From an uncultured delta proteobacterium (lineage in GTDB: Bacteria > Desulfobacterota > Binatia > UBA9968): a DNA stretch of 64,000 bases. Positions 10,453 through 21,052 of this stretch are shown in pieces. The position numbers and the translations under genes are program-made. The stretch is taken from assembly GCA_963847445.1 (NCBI GenBank), contig CAWJZV010000007.1:64001-128000 (forward strand), given 5' to 3'. Every line of letters begins with the position of its first letter. Within the stretch, counting starts at the first letter, position 1. The notes under the pieces are model-generated. The model saw only the letters and a program-made list of their open reading frames with translations. It was not told the DNA's origin and did not search any database.

Positions 10453-11653
10453 TCAGTAGTTTTTGATCTGCTCGAGATAGTTTTCGTAGTTGCGCTTAAT
10501 CTCGCGCAGGGAGTCGCCGCCGAATTTTTCCAGAAACGCTTTGGCCACTTCGAAGGCGACCACACTCTCGCCGACCACCGCTGCGGCCGGTGCGGCGCAG
10601 ACATCGGAACGTTCCACCGAGGCATCGGTGGGTTGCTTCGAACGCGTGTCGACGGATTGCAACGGACTCATCAGGGTCGAGATCGGTTTCATCGCCACTC
10701 GGACGACTAGAGGCGAACCATTGGTCATGCCACCTTCAGTGCCGCCTGAGTTGTTGCTACCGCGATAAAAACCGGTGGGGACGATGCGCGGTGTGCTTTC
10801 GGTCACCATTTTCGCCGGATCGAAAAAATATCTCGTCGTGGACTTGCGATCCACGGCGGCGCGCCATTTCGAAACCGAGGCCGATCTCCACACCTTTCAT
10901 TGCCTGAATGCTCATCAGATGCCTGCGCCAGCCGGCCGTCGAGCTTACGGTCCCATTGGGTGTGGCTACCCAGACCCGGCGGTAGACCGAGGGTGACGAC
11001 TTCAAACACGCCGCCCAGAGTATTGCCTTCTTTTTTGCACTCCTCGATGAGCGCGATCATTTTTTCTTCGGCGTTTTTGTCGGCGGTGCGCACTGGCGAC
11101 TCTTCGGCAGCGTTCGAAGGTCTCACCGTAGGTCAGGCCATCCAGATTGGCGGTAATCCCGCCGAGGGAACGAATATAGCCCATGATGCGAATGCCAAAT
11201 GGCGCGAGCAATTGCTTGGCAAAGGAACCAACCGCGGTTCGAGCGACAGTTTCACGGGCACTAGCCCGTTCAAGAATATCGCGAATATCGGTGCGGTCGT
11301 ATTTGAGCACACCGTTCAGGTCGGCGTGGCCTGGCCGTGGCTTGGTGACAGCGATCTTATCGTCGCGGTCCTCTGGCTTGGCGGACATTTTCTTTGTCCA
11401 GTTTTTCCAATCGCGGTTCTCGATGCCCAAGAGCGATCGGCGACCCCATGGTCTCGCCCCAACGGATGCCCGAACGGATCTCCGCCTCGTCTTTTTCGAT
11501 AAGCATGCGGCCGCCCCGGCCATAGCCCTGCTGACGGCGCCAAAGATCGTGATTGATTTGGGAAATCTGGACAGGGAAACCGGCCGGCACCCCATCGATG
11601 ATCATGGTTAGGCAGGGGCCATGCGATTCCCCCGCGGTGAAATAGCGCAACAT
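10453..11653 (-). CDS. aroC: Chorismate synthase (multiple frameshifts)
   Basis: [53 protein letters not shown]. Confidence 0.97.
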
Positions 11654-11744
11654 GGGCGTATCCTACATTATCACGCCACGCAGTGCCATAACGGGCGGAG
11701 CTACGCCCAAGCCGAATCAAGGATAGGACACAATAGGCAACGAG

Positions 11745-12419
11745 CTAATTACCGACTAGAATGAGTTCAAAATCGCGGTCGTTGCTGAAGCCTTTGAAAG
11801 AGGGATCGTTTTTCACTGAAGCCAGGTCTTTGTAGCCCTGCCGGCGCGCGCGCTCGAGCCATTGCAAGGCCGCTTCGCGGTTACCGTAGTGCGCGTGCAG
11901 GCGCGCCACATGAAAGCTTGCTTGCGGATCCTTGGGATTTATTGCAGCGGCGTTTTCCGCCTTTTGAATTTGTGCCTGGCGTTCTTGAATCGCTGCATTG
12001 TTCTTCCTAGCGGTTGCAAGATTATTTTTAGCGCCGGCATTATTGGGATCGATTCTGCTGGCGCTGTCAAACGCCGCAATCGCCTCATCGTAGCGCCCCT
12101 GCTTGTCGTAGAGCACGCCGAGGTTATTGTAGGCGAAATAGCTGTTCGGTTGGATTTCTGTAACGCGTCGATATTCAGCGATCGCCTCGTCCGTCGAACC
12201 CAGCCGGTCGTAGGCGAAGGCCAAATGCAAGCGTACCTCTGCGTCGGCGGAGTTTTTTTGCAGCGATTTTTGCAGCTCGGGAATGGCTTCGCGTAGACTG
12301 CCCTGGCGAAACAGCTTTAATGCCTGCACCCTCGGTGAGATTTCCGGAACTTCGGACTGGGCACTCGCGGGGCCAATTGCAATTAGCAGGACGAGGACAA
12401 CAGCACCAGAGAGTTGCAT
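11745..12419 (-). CDS. Exported tetratricopeptide-repeat protein
   Basis: Signal peptide MQLSGAVVLVLLIAIGPASA; TPR helices (AYNNLGVLYDKQGRYDEAIAAF); ATG overlaps the pilY1 stop (TGATG). Confidence 0.88.
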   Translation of the reverse strand: MQLSGAVVLVLLIAIGPASAQSEVPEISPRVQALKLFRQGSLREAIPELQKSLQKNSADAEVRLHLAFAYDRLGSTDEAIAEYRRVTEIQPNSYFAYNNLGVLYDKQGRYDEAIAAFDSASRIDPNNAGAKNNLATARKNNAAIQERQAQIQKAENAAAINPKDPQASFHVARLHAHYGNREAALQWLERARRQGYKDLASVKNDPSFKGFSNDRDFELILVGN

Positions 12420-15324
12420 CAAAACACCTCGCGCCAACCGATTAGCTTGCGTAGCGCGACCAGCGGTATTTGGGTCGTCGAGATCTGCTGGTTCGTCGTA
12501 CCAGATATTACGTAGGGTGTTCCCTGATTGCCCTGCTGACTCATGATAATGATCGGTTTGGACGGAATACCCGATCCGATAGTCTTGGCCAGCGTTAGAG
12601 CCGCGGTTCCGGCAACAGCAACCGCCCCAGTCGTCAAGTTGAGCGCGGCGTCACCGGTGGTCATGTTGATCGAGTACAGCTTAGCATCACCGCCACCGCC
12701 GCCACAGACCGCCGCGGTCGACGGCGTGAAACTGGTAAAAAGCACCACGGAATTAAACACATCCGCCGATGCTAGAATTTTTTCATTGCTATTCAGGGGC
12801 ACATACCAGCCTTGGGTAACCGTCCCAGTCCCGCTGCTGACATTGGTCAAACTGGATTCTGTCAAGGTACTCCCATTGGCCATGGTCGTGTCTTCCTTGA
12901 TCCCATAGAAACGATTCGACGCCGTGCTGTTCGGGTGATAGCGGTCGCCGGAGCCGATGAACAGCCATAGGTTGCGATTACCGTCATAGGCGAGCGTCGG
13001 CGGTGAATACATTCCTTGGGCGGGATAATACTGTCCTGCGGCCGGTGGATTAGCTTGACTCGATGCCGCGGCGAATAATCGTTTGCCCATCCAGCAATCG
13101 GTATCGGTGGTTGACGAACAGTTCTTCACCGTTCCACTGACAAGGGACGCCGCTTTGGACATATCGAACTTCCAAATTTGCCCGCCGACGTCGGCGATAT
13201 AGACTCGATCGATATAACCGTCGCCATCGAGATCCACCGCCGTCGGCGCGGCCGGGAGACTAAAATTCATCTAGGCAGCGTCGGCCGAGTTCGCCACGGT
13301 CGACGAGAATTCCCAAAGCTTGGAGCCGTTCGATAGGTCGATTGCAAAAAAGGCTTCGCTGACGACGTTGCTGCTTCCGTAGTTGGCGAACGTGCTATCG
13401 AAACCGCCGCCGACAAAGGCCACCCATTTGTCGGTGCCATCGTCATTTTGATTTTGCCAATCGCCGGCTCCGACCAGGTCTCGCCCAAGGCGGGCATCGG
13501 TTGAAGGTCCACAGATACAGCGGATTGGTGGTGTCGGTGATGTCGAGAGCATAGTAATTCGTTACCGCCGCGGCGCTGACCGAAGATCACGATGGTTTTC
13601 CAGCTGCCGCCGATCTTGACATCGGCAGCAATCGGACTGGAGTCGACCTGTATTCATGTGCGCCCGAAGCGTGCCGTCATGTCAACAAGATCGTCGAGGA
13701 CATCGGGCGGGATGAAAGCCCCACAGCTCAGCGCCGTCGCTTTCTTTAAAAGCGTGCAGCATGCCGTCGTTGGCCCCAGCGATCAGCACCGACGTCCGAC
13801 TCGCTTGAGCGGCTTTAAAGGTATTGTAGGTTGAGTCGGATGACGCCCGGAAGGGCGGCGAAACCAAGCACGGGGTCGAGTGAAATATGTCGCCGAGCTT
13901 CCAAGGTCGATCTTCCGTTGGTGATGCCATCGCCATCCTCGTCGTTGGTGTCCGGCGTACCACGGAGATAATTGATCACGCTGTTCTTTTCTGTGCTGAC
14001 CTGAGACGCCCAACAAGAGTATCGGTAATAGCCGAGTTGCTAGTTGTGAAACTTTCCCTTGCGCCACTGACTACAGTGTAGATGGTTCGACTTGCCGGCG
14101 TCTTGGTGCTAAGCGCCTGACCGGCGTCCCAGGCCGGGGTCCCGGAAGGCAGTCCGTTAACGTCAACGGGTATCAGACCATTGGAGTCACGGTTATAGGC
14201 TTTCAAGTAACCCTGCCAGAATGGGCGCGACGGGTTGGACTGGAATGACGCGAGATACGCTCGGCTGGTGCCGCTCGTTCCAGTGGTCGGCACCACCGGT
14301 GTCGCGAAGGAAAAAGTCGCCGCCATGAATCTGGCTGATCGCATTCTCAAGCGCTTGTTCCAGCGCCGTTTCGGTGTCGCGGTGTAATAACTGCCGCCGC
14401 CATTCTTGGCCGTGCGTTTTGAGATTCAGCGTTCCGCCAGCGTGCAATGTCCGCGCGACAGACCGAAGCCTACTGTATGAACGATGACATTCTGCTTACC
14501 GGTGAAACGCCATGGAATGGTCCTGGGTGTAGCGATTGGTCGCTTCCGTGTGAACGTCCAGCGAACCGTTTTGCTGGCCGTCGGTCATGAGAATAACAAA
14601 GTTAGGCTGACAATAATATTGGATTGGGCTACTGTAGCCCGTGTAGGTTCCCTTGAAATAATTACCGGCATCCCGCAATTGCTCGCCTAGCGGCGTGCTA
14701 CCATTTGGCGTGAGGCGCATTGACGGCGGTCAATAATCGTCGAGATGCTCGAACCGATCTCAGCGACCATCGTCGCGCCATTTGGGCTATACTTGAATTT
14801 CATCACGCCGAAGCGAACTCCCTCCACGTTGGTAATTAGATTGTTAACGACCCGTTTCGCTACCACGATCTTTTTTCATCCGCCTGGCAAGGCGTACATT
14901 TCGAATAGTTCAGATAGTTGCCGACAAAGAGATCTACACTCGATCCGGAGATTTTTCCACTCCAATAGCCAGCGGAGTTGAGAGCCGTCTGCGCCGACGA
15001 GCTGCTCACAGCGCTGACCGTACTGGCATATTCTTTGTAGCAAGGTGTGCTACTGGGCTTACAAGACTTTTTCTTAGTATACTTTCGATAGACCTTGGCC
15101 GTGGTGTAGGTGTTAGGCGTTGTGTAGGTCGTGGAGGAGTTGTAACCGCTCGCCGGCACTTTGTCATCCATACTGCCGGAGTCATCGAAAAGAATGAGGA
15201 CGTTCGGCGCAATGTTGCTGCCGAAGATATCGCTATCGTCCGCCCTAGCCATGCGAACATGACTGACATTTAGGAAGATAATGCAAACGATCTGGACCAA
15301 CGCTAAAGCTTTTCTGATTTTCAT
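12419..15324 (-). CDS. pilY1: PilY1/PilC type IV pilus tip adhesin (vWA plus beta-propeller; multiple frameshifts)
   Basis: PNVLILFDDSGSM, TPLGEQL, CQPNFVILMTDG, LGDIFHSTP, GANDGMLHAF, LGETWSEP, DLDGDGYIDRVY Ca-binding loop, terminal WRE; follows minor pilins. Confidence 0.92.
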
Positions 15325-15335
15325 AAATGAAACTC

Positions 15336-15821
15336 CTACTGGGCGACTGGACCGTACAGTGCGAGGGCTTCGACCTCGCGCGCAGCCGATTCATTGCCTA
15401 CCGATGGACACCCCGATGCGAGACTATAAGTGCCGGTAACATTCACTTGGTACTGATAGAACGAATAACCGGAAACATTGTAGCCGGTGCCGGACCCGAG
15501 CGAGTAACCCACTTCGTTCTTCATAGTCGGAGTCATGGACGGAAGTGTGCCATCCCGTTTGCCGAACCGGTAACAAAGATTACTCCCCAAAGTCACCGGC
15601 GTTGATGACGGCGTCGCGCCGGGAGTGACCGACAGGGCGATCGCCAACATGCCCGTGTCGGCAGCGTTGAACGCTCGAGAACCGGTTCGATAATTCATCG
15701 CCACTTTGGTGTTGATCCCGCTAAAAATGAGGCCAGCGCTGATTACCGTGAGCAGGATCGCCATCACCATCAACACGACGACGAGGCTGATTCCTTGATT
15801 ATTGTTGAGCCTGGCTTTCAT
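15336..15821 (-). CDS. pilX: Minor pilin PilX-like
   Basis: Prepilin G|ISLVV lacking Glu5 as typical of PilX; AFNAADTG motif. Confidence 0.85.
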   Translation of the reverse strand: MKARLNNNQGISLVVVLMVMAILLTVISAGLIFSGINTKVAMNYRTGSRAFNAADTGMLAIALSVTPGATPSSTPVTLGSNLCYRFGKRDGTLPSMTPTMKNEVGYSLGSGTGYNVSGYSFYQYQVNVTGTYSLASGCPSVGNESAAREVEALALYGPVAQ

Positions 15822-15859
15822 GCTTTGCCCTCGATAGGTTTTCGCCCGTCCCGTGACGG

Positions 15860-16501
15860 TCAGACTCCATGGTTCCGCAAATCCGCGGTCAACGTCATGG
15901 TCACCGGGGAGCCGGTAAAGTTGCTGTCGGTACTCTTCGGCGCGACCGTCAGCGCGATGGTGATCTTCTGCACGGTCTTGTAATTTGACGACAAAGTCCC
16001 ACTACAACCGGACGGTACGTTGGCTGAGACACAGTAGGGCGCTGGCGCGCTGCTCGTTGTCTGCTGCGGATAATAGGTGAACTCTACCGCCGTGACGTTT
16101 CCATCCGAAAGTGCTACGCCGTTGCGCGTGACGTTCATATTGGCGCTATCGTAGGCAAAGGCGACGATCTCGTCATCACCGCTGCACGCGCCGTTGCTGT
16201 TTTTGTCGTATTGAATGGTTATACCCGTGGCCGTTGCCGCCGTGATCCCACCCGTTGCATCGCACGCGGTGGTTGGAAAATATCCGGCGTTCCGGACTTC
16301 TCGCACCACCATGTCGGCCACCGTAAGCGCGTATTCGTTCGCTTCCATTTTGCTTTCTTGGCCTTTGACCGTATGGGTTTGGGCGCGAAACAAGCTGCCG
16401 ACACCGGCCAACACGAACAGGGATAACCCCATGGAGACCAGAAGTTCCGTCAGGGTAAATCCCCGCTGGTTTTTGAGCGCTAGCGATGGCCATTTTGTCA
16501 T
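15860..16501 (-). CDS. pilW: Minor pilin PilW-like
   Basis: Prepilin QRG|FTLTELLV; EVRNAGY motif. Confidence 0.88.
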   Translation of the reverse strand: MTKWPSLALKNQRGFTLTELLVSMGLSLFVLAGVGSLFRAQTHTVKGQESKMEANEYALTVADMVVREVRNAGYFPTTACDATGGITAATATGITIQYDKNSNGACSGDDEIVAFAYDSANMNVTRNGVALSDGNVTAVEFTYYPQQTTSSAPAPYCVSANVPSGCSGTLSSNYKTVQKITIALTVAPKSTDSNFTGSPVTMTLTADLRNHGV

Positions 16502-16531
16502 TCGGCTGAGGGTAGAAATTCATTGGGCTTT

Positions 16532-16936
16532 TCACTGTGCGACCGACGAGGAGAATGTCATACTCTGAGCCGTGTAGTCCGTCCAATTGATTTTGACATC
16601 GATCTTATTCATACCGGCAGCTGGAGAGTTCGCTGTGATCATCCAACTTCGAGTATACGTGAAGCCTGACGCGGCCTGGGTATCAGAACACCCAGACGTC
16701 GAATAGTTTGGGCATGACAAGGCGGTAAAAGCTGTGTTTTTCATCGCTCTGAGTTCTTCCAACTTCGCCTGCGCGAGATTGATCGCAGCGGCGTTCAAAT
16801 GACTGTTGTTATTGGTGCGCGTGATCGTCACCGTACCGACGGCTAGACCGAGCACCGCAAAGGTGAAGATGGTCAAGGCGACCAATATTTCCACCAGGGT
16901 GAATCCCGCTGAACTCTTGAGTTGTTTGATCTGCAT
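16532..16936 (-). CDS. pilV: Minor pilin PilV-like
   Basis: Prepilin AG|FTLVEILVAL; AINLAQAKLEELR. Confidence 0.88.
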   Translation of the reverse strand: MQIKQLKSSAGFTLVEILVALTIFTFAVLGLAVGTVTITRTNNNSHLNAAAINLAQAKLEELRAMKNTAFTALSCPNYSTSGCSDTQAASGFTYTRSWMITANSPAAGMNKIDVKINWTDYTAQSMTFSSSVAQ

Positions 16937-16953
16937 TGGATGGTACGAGTACC

Positions 16954-17421
16954 TTAGGTGCAAACGCTATCCTGAATCTTAATCCTACCGATCACCGTCA
17001 CGCAGACCCACTTGCTCGTTGTGCCATTGCTCAGGCGAATCGTCGTCGCTGCCGGCACCGTGCCGCGAGTTTGAAACTGCGGGGAAGTCCCAGGAGGCGT
17101 TATGGTTATACCTTCCGGGATGGCCATGTTGCCGCCGTCGTCAGCGCAGGTACCGTTACAGCGCTGAACGATGTAGGTCGACGTCGAGAAATTGATCTGA
17201 TGGGGTATGCTTTGGGCGATCGCTTTCATCCGCACCTGCTGCAATTCCGTGGCAACCTGGCGTGCTGCGTCATTAAGCCGAAGCCTCGGTAGGGTACTTC
17301 TAAAAGCCGGGATCGCGATGACCATCAACAGCCCGCCTACGCCCAGAGTCGCCATCAATTCGATCAGCGTGAAGCCACGACCATTCGTCGCGCCTTGAAA
17401 GATTCGCAGCCTCTTTTTCAT
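16954..17421 (-). CDS. fimU: FimU/FimT (GspH-like) minor pilin
   Basis: Prepilin RG|FTLIELM; LNDAARQVATELQQVRMKAI; C-terminal GRIKI. Confidence 0.85.
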   Translation of the reverse strand: MKKRLRIFQGATNGRGFTLIELMATLGVGGLLMVIAIPAFRSTLPRLRLNDAARQVATELQQVRMKAIAQSIPHQINFSTSTYIVQRCNGTCADDGGNMAIPEGITITPPGTSPQFQTRGTVPAATTIRLSNGTTSKWVCVTVIGRIKIQDSVCT

Positions 17422-17479
17422 ACCCAAATTTCGCTTCGAGTGTCGTCGGTCGATCATTGGTTTCTCGATCCACCGAATG

Positions 17480-17496
17480 AGCTATTAGCATGCCAA
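17480..17496 (-). promoter_or_regulatory. sigma54 (-24/-12) promoter of the minor pilin cassette
   Basis: Minus strand TTGGCATGCTAATAGCT: GG-N10-GC spacing, about 60 nt upstream of fimU. Confidence 0.7.
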
Positions 17497-17562
17497 GCAA
17501 GCGCGATCGTACTTTCAAGATGATCCCGGGAAATTGACGTAGTCTGGGAAGGTCAGAGTGAT

Positions 17563-17608
17563 TCCGACGCTAGCGTCGGACCACTGAGGCGCTGACAATT
17601 TTTGTCAG
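17563..17608. promoter_or_regulatory. Two palindromes, candidate enhancer sites
   Basis: TCCGACGCTAGCGTCGGA (perfect 18 bp, 17563-17580) and CTGACAA-N3-TTGTCAG (17592-17608), upstream of the sigma54 site. Confidence 0.5.
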
Positions 17609-17825
17609 AATGCCGAAAACCGACGAATGTGAGGCTTAGAAAACTATCGCAATTGTCGTTAGTTTCGGAAAACGGCGGACTTTAGAAAAGATGAGGTTCG
17701 TCAAACCCCGAGGGGTGTTAAAAATTGTGACTGGCACAGTTGTCAGCTACTGGGGAAGTGCGAGGGCCCGCTAAACCGGCAAGTGAAAATGCCAATCCTC
17801 CGGGCCAAACTAGGGATTCATCGGG

Positions 17826-19853
17826 CTACGGCGCGATGCGCGGCGGAAATGACTGGTCTCCATAGGTTTTCCCCATTTGCTCGCGCCAGATCTGTTCCGC
17901 GGACGGGAGATTTGACGCGCCGGCGTCGATAATTCTTGGGGTGATAAAAACCATCAGCTCTTCAAAGTTTTTTTGTATCGCTTCACTCTTAAAGAGCCAC
18001 CCCAAGACTGGAATATTTCTTAGATAGGGCACGCCCCCGGTTGATTCCGAGCTCGTGTCCTTCAAAATACCACCCAAGACAATCGTTTCACCGTCCTTGA
18101 CCAAAACATTGGCTACTACTTCGCGATTAATCTCATCGAACGGGATCACGCTCGTAGAGCCAGTAACTGTCGGCGAATCCGCGATCGTACTGGATTTGAC
18201 ATTGATATTCATCGAGATATAGCCGTCGCTCGAAACTTGAGGTGTTACGGTAAGGATAATACCAACTGGGACTTTTTCCGTTGCCACCGCGGCACCAGCC
18301 GCCGAAGAACCGCTACCCGTTGCGATGTTTGTCGAACTGGGCAAGCTAATTCTCAAGATCTTCTCGCTGCGAATTGTCGAAGCGATATTGTTAAGCGTGA
18401 CTACCGACGGGCGCGAGATGATTCGCGCGTTGCCTTCCTTTTCAGCCGCTTCAAGCGTCGCTGATAGATTTCTAAAACCGCCCAACACACTTTGAATAAC
18501 CGAGACGGTACCGCCAAATCCACCGGGGGCTAGAGGGAAAGCCGAGCTGTTTCCGGCGAACGGCGATCCGGCTCCTTGAGCACTGCTGAAGTTAGCCCCC
18601 CCGCTGTTAAATTGGAGTCGCAGCCCGAGCGCCCGGGCGAAGGTCGGTGTCGTTTCAATTAAATTGGATTCAATCAAGATCTGCGGGGTTCGGGTGTCCA
18701 GTTTGCTGACCAGCGTACTCGCGTCCTCGATGGTTTTTTTTACGTCGCGAATCATGATCGTATTACTGCGTTCATCGATCACCAGCGAGACATCCGGCCG
18801 CTTGCTCAAGACCGTTTTTATTTTCGCCTCGAGATCCTTGGCCTTAGCATAGTTGACATTGAAATAAACGGTCAGGAGCGGTTCGAGGTTCTCCTCCGAC
18901 TTGCGTGCTGCCGCCACAGCATCGCGCTCGGTTTTGAGGGTGCCCGCGGTCGAGATGCGCACGACATTGCCGATTTGCTCCTTGCCAAGACCATTGGTAT
19001 TGATCAGAAGTTCGAGCGCTTGATCCCAGGGAACCTCCACCAAGCGCAGGGTTACCTTGCGATTGACGTCGGCCGTCACGATGATATTGAGACCGCTGAT
19101 TTCGGCGAGAAGTCGGAAGATGTTTTTGATATCGGCGTCCTTGAAATCGAAGGACAGTTTTTGCCCGGTGTACCTTTTCTCGTCAGGAATATTAACCCCG
19201 CTTGTTGAGGCGGAAGCCAGGCTGTCGCCCAACGCCACCCGCGCTTGGCCGACCACGTTATCCATCCGCTTGCTGCCGAGCACTAGCGTACGCTCCTGTG
19301 TGCCGGGAATTTTTGGATCGTCGCTGCCGATGACGATGCGCAGGCCGTTGTTTTCCGGCGTCACGGTATAGACCGGCGGCGTGCTCGGAATCAGGTCCGC
19401 GGTGAGTCTCAAGGAGCCTTGTGCTGAACTGAATCGCACAGTGCCGACCAATTGTGTGCCGACACGAAAGGTTTCAAGATCCGCTGGTGTTCTGGCGTCG
19501 CCGATAATATCCAGAACAATTCTTGCCGGCTGGATCAATGGAAAATGACGATACTGCGAGATCGGCTTGGAAAGTTTTAGTAGCAAAATCGTCTGCCCAG
19601 ACTGCTCACGAACCGAAAAATCTTGAATCTGTAGTTGTTCCTCGTCGGCGCGAGCGGACGGCTGTGGCGGTGTTGGTGTTTTAGCCGTGGGGCTTGGTTG
19701 CGGTTCCACCGAGGTGACGTTCGAGCAAGCGCTGCCATAAATGACTACCAGGACAGCTAGTAGCAACAAAGGTAGATAACGTAACGGCCGCGTGTAATGG
19801 CTTCTGAGCGAGCCTGCGGATTTTTGCCGATGATATGAGTCGATTCTATTCAT
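17826..19853 (-). CDS. pilQ: Type IV pilus secretin PilQ
   Basis: YTGQKLSFDFKDADI, VTLRLVEVPWDQAL, secretin core PQILIE...VPYLRNIPVLGWLFK...ELMVFITPRI; possible lipobox GSA|C. Confidence 0.96.
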   Translation of the reverse strand: MNRIDSYHRQKSAGSLRSHYTRPLRYLPLLLLAVLVVIYGSACSNVTSVEPQPSPTAKTPTPPQPSARADEEQLQIQDFSVREQSGQTILLLKLSKPISQYRHFPLIQPARIVLDIIGDARTPADLETFRVGTQLVGTVRFSSAQGSLRLTADLIPSTPPVYTVTPENNGLRIVIGSDDPKIPGTQERTLVLGSKRMDNVVGQARVALGDSLASASTSGVNIPDEKRYTGQKLSFDFKDADIKNIFRLLAEISGLNIIVTADVNRKVTLRLVEVPWDQALELLINTNGLGKEQIGNVVRISTAGTLKTERDAVAAARKSEENLEPLLTVYFNVNYAKAKDLEAKIKTVLSKRPDVSLVIDERSNTIMIRDVKKTIEDASTLVSKLDTRTPQILIESNLIETTPTFARALGLRLQFNSGGANFSSAQGAGSPFAGNSSAFPLAPGGFGGTVSVIQSVLGGFRNLSATLEAAEKEGNARIISRPSVVTLNNIASTIRSEKILRISLPSSTNIATGSGSSAAGAAVATEKVPVGIILTVTPQVSSDGYISMNINVKSSTIADSPTVTGSTSVIPFDEINREVVANVLVKDGETIVLGGILKDTSSESTGGVPYLRNIPVLGWLFKSEAIQKNFEELMVFITPRIIDAGASNLPSAEQIWREQMGKTYGDQSFPPRIAP

Positions 19854-19854
19854 C

Positions 19855-20436
19855 CTACTGCTCCACCGCCAGCCTCATGCTGACTTCGCGTCTCTTTTTC
19901 GCGCCGTATAAATCGACGAAAAACTCCTCGACGATTAGACTATCGCGCCTAACCTCTCTTACCTTGCCATCGTTTGAACCGATCGGCGTACCGACTTTGA
20001 CCATGTAACCGAGCCCCGAGCTATCTTCGACCAAGGCCGTCGGTTCTTTAACGTTCCAAACGACGCCGACGAGTTTAAGCTGGCCGATTTCGAAGCGCTC
20101 GAGAGGGGATAGGTTTTCCCGACGACGTGTGTTCGTGCGCACATTCAACGTAATTGGACGAAACGGATCGCGCCTCCCCGGCGCCAATCGTAGCGCCTCC
20201 GGTGCTTCGGCTTTGGTCTCTGAGGCCCCGGAGACGCCTTCGGTTGAAGGCGCAACCGCGGTCGATTTCTCCGCCTTCTCTGCTTTACTTACGGGTTGGG
20301 CCGCCGCAACCGTCTTTGCGGTCTCTACAGCTTTTGCGGCCATTGGCGGAGCACTTGATTGTGCTAGCACTGGGACTACCGGCCAAGAGAATGAGTGAGG
20401 CGGTAAGTGTATTTTTGATCGTTCGCAACACGGCAA
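19855..20436 (-). CDS. pilP: Type IV pilus assembly protein PilP (5' end uncertain)
   Basis: RRDPFRP, SPLERFEIGQLKLVGVVW, GYMVKVGTPIG; position between pilO and pilQ. Confidence 0.9.
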   Translation of the reverse strand: MPCCERSKIHLPPHSFSWPVVPVLAQSSAPPMAAKAVETAKTVAAAQPVSKAEKAEKSTAVAPSTEGVSGASETKAEAPEALRLAPGRRDPFRPITLNVRTNTRRRENLSPLERFEIGQLKLVGVVWNVKEPTALVEDSSGLGYMVKVGTPIGSNDGKVREVRRDSLIVEEFFVDLYGAKKRREVSMRLAVEQ

Positions 20437-20437
20437 T

Positions 20438-21052
20438 CTATTTCTTGGTTTTGACTTTATCGGCGGCGAACTTCTTACGCTCGGCGTCATCGAGAAAGCG
20501 ATAGGTGGTCGCCAGGTTGGAGATATCCATCGTCATCTGATCGTTGACAACCTTGGGATTGCGAAATTCGATATTATCGATATTGACGATGCGATTTAGT
20601 TTGCCGACTTCGTCAAAAAACCCCACTGCATTATGGAAGCCGCCGCGCACCACGATGTCCACCGGGACTTCCGCGTAGAACTCCTGGAACGCTTCATTGC
20701 GCGGACGGAACAGGACGATTTCCAAGCCTGCCTCCCGCGCTTTGTTAGAAAGATTGGTCAACAGGTCGGGAATTTCCTTGCGATCAGGCAGTTGAGCGAC
20801 CGCTTCCTTGAGCTTCGTTTCCATGTCCCGAAGCTCTTTCTCAAGCCGCGCCAGGTTACCGGCTTTTTTTTCTTTGACCAACTTTTCATTGCGGGCGATT
20901 TGGACACTTTCGGCTAAGTTAGCGATAGCGTCAGAATTCGGACTGTAAACGAAACTGATATACAACCCATACGCCAAACAGATAATCCCCGCCACGATGC
21001 CAATTTTTCTGGCGACCGACTGTTCGAGGAATTTGTCGAGTAGCTGGTTCAA
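20438..21052 (-). CDS. pilO: Type IV pilus assembly protein PilO
   Basis: LPDRKEIPDLL, FYAEVPVDIVVRGGFH, LNRIVNI. Confidence 0.95.
   Translation of the reverse strand: MNQLLDKFLEQSVARKIGIVAGIICLAYGLYISFVYSPNSDAIANLAESVQIARNEKLVKEKKAGNLARLEKELRDMETKLKEAVAQLPDRKEIPDLLTNLSNKAREAGLEIVLFRPRNEAFQEFYAEVPVDIVVRGGFHNAVGFFDEVGKLNRIVNIDNIEFRNPKVVNDQMTMDISNLATTYRFLDDAERKKFAADKVKTKK

Noticed and set aside
17731-17747. Plus-strand sigma54 promoter CTGGCACAGTTGTCAGC
   Set aside because: GG-N10 is followed by AG, not GC, and it points into the 3' end of pilQ.
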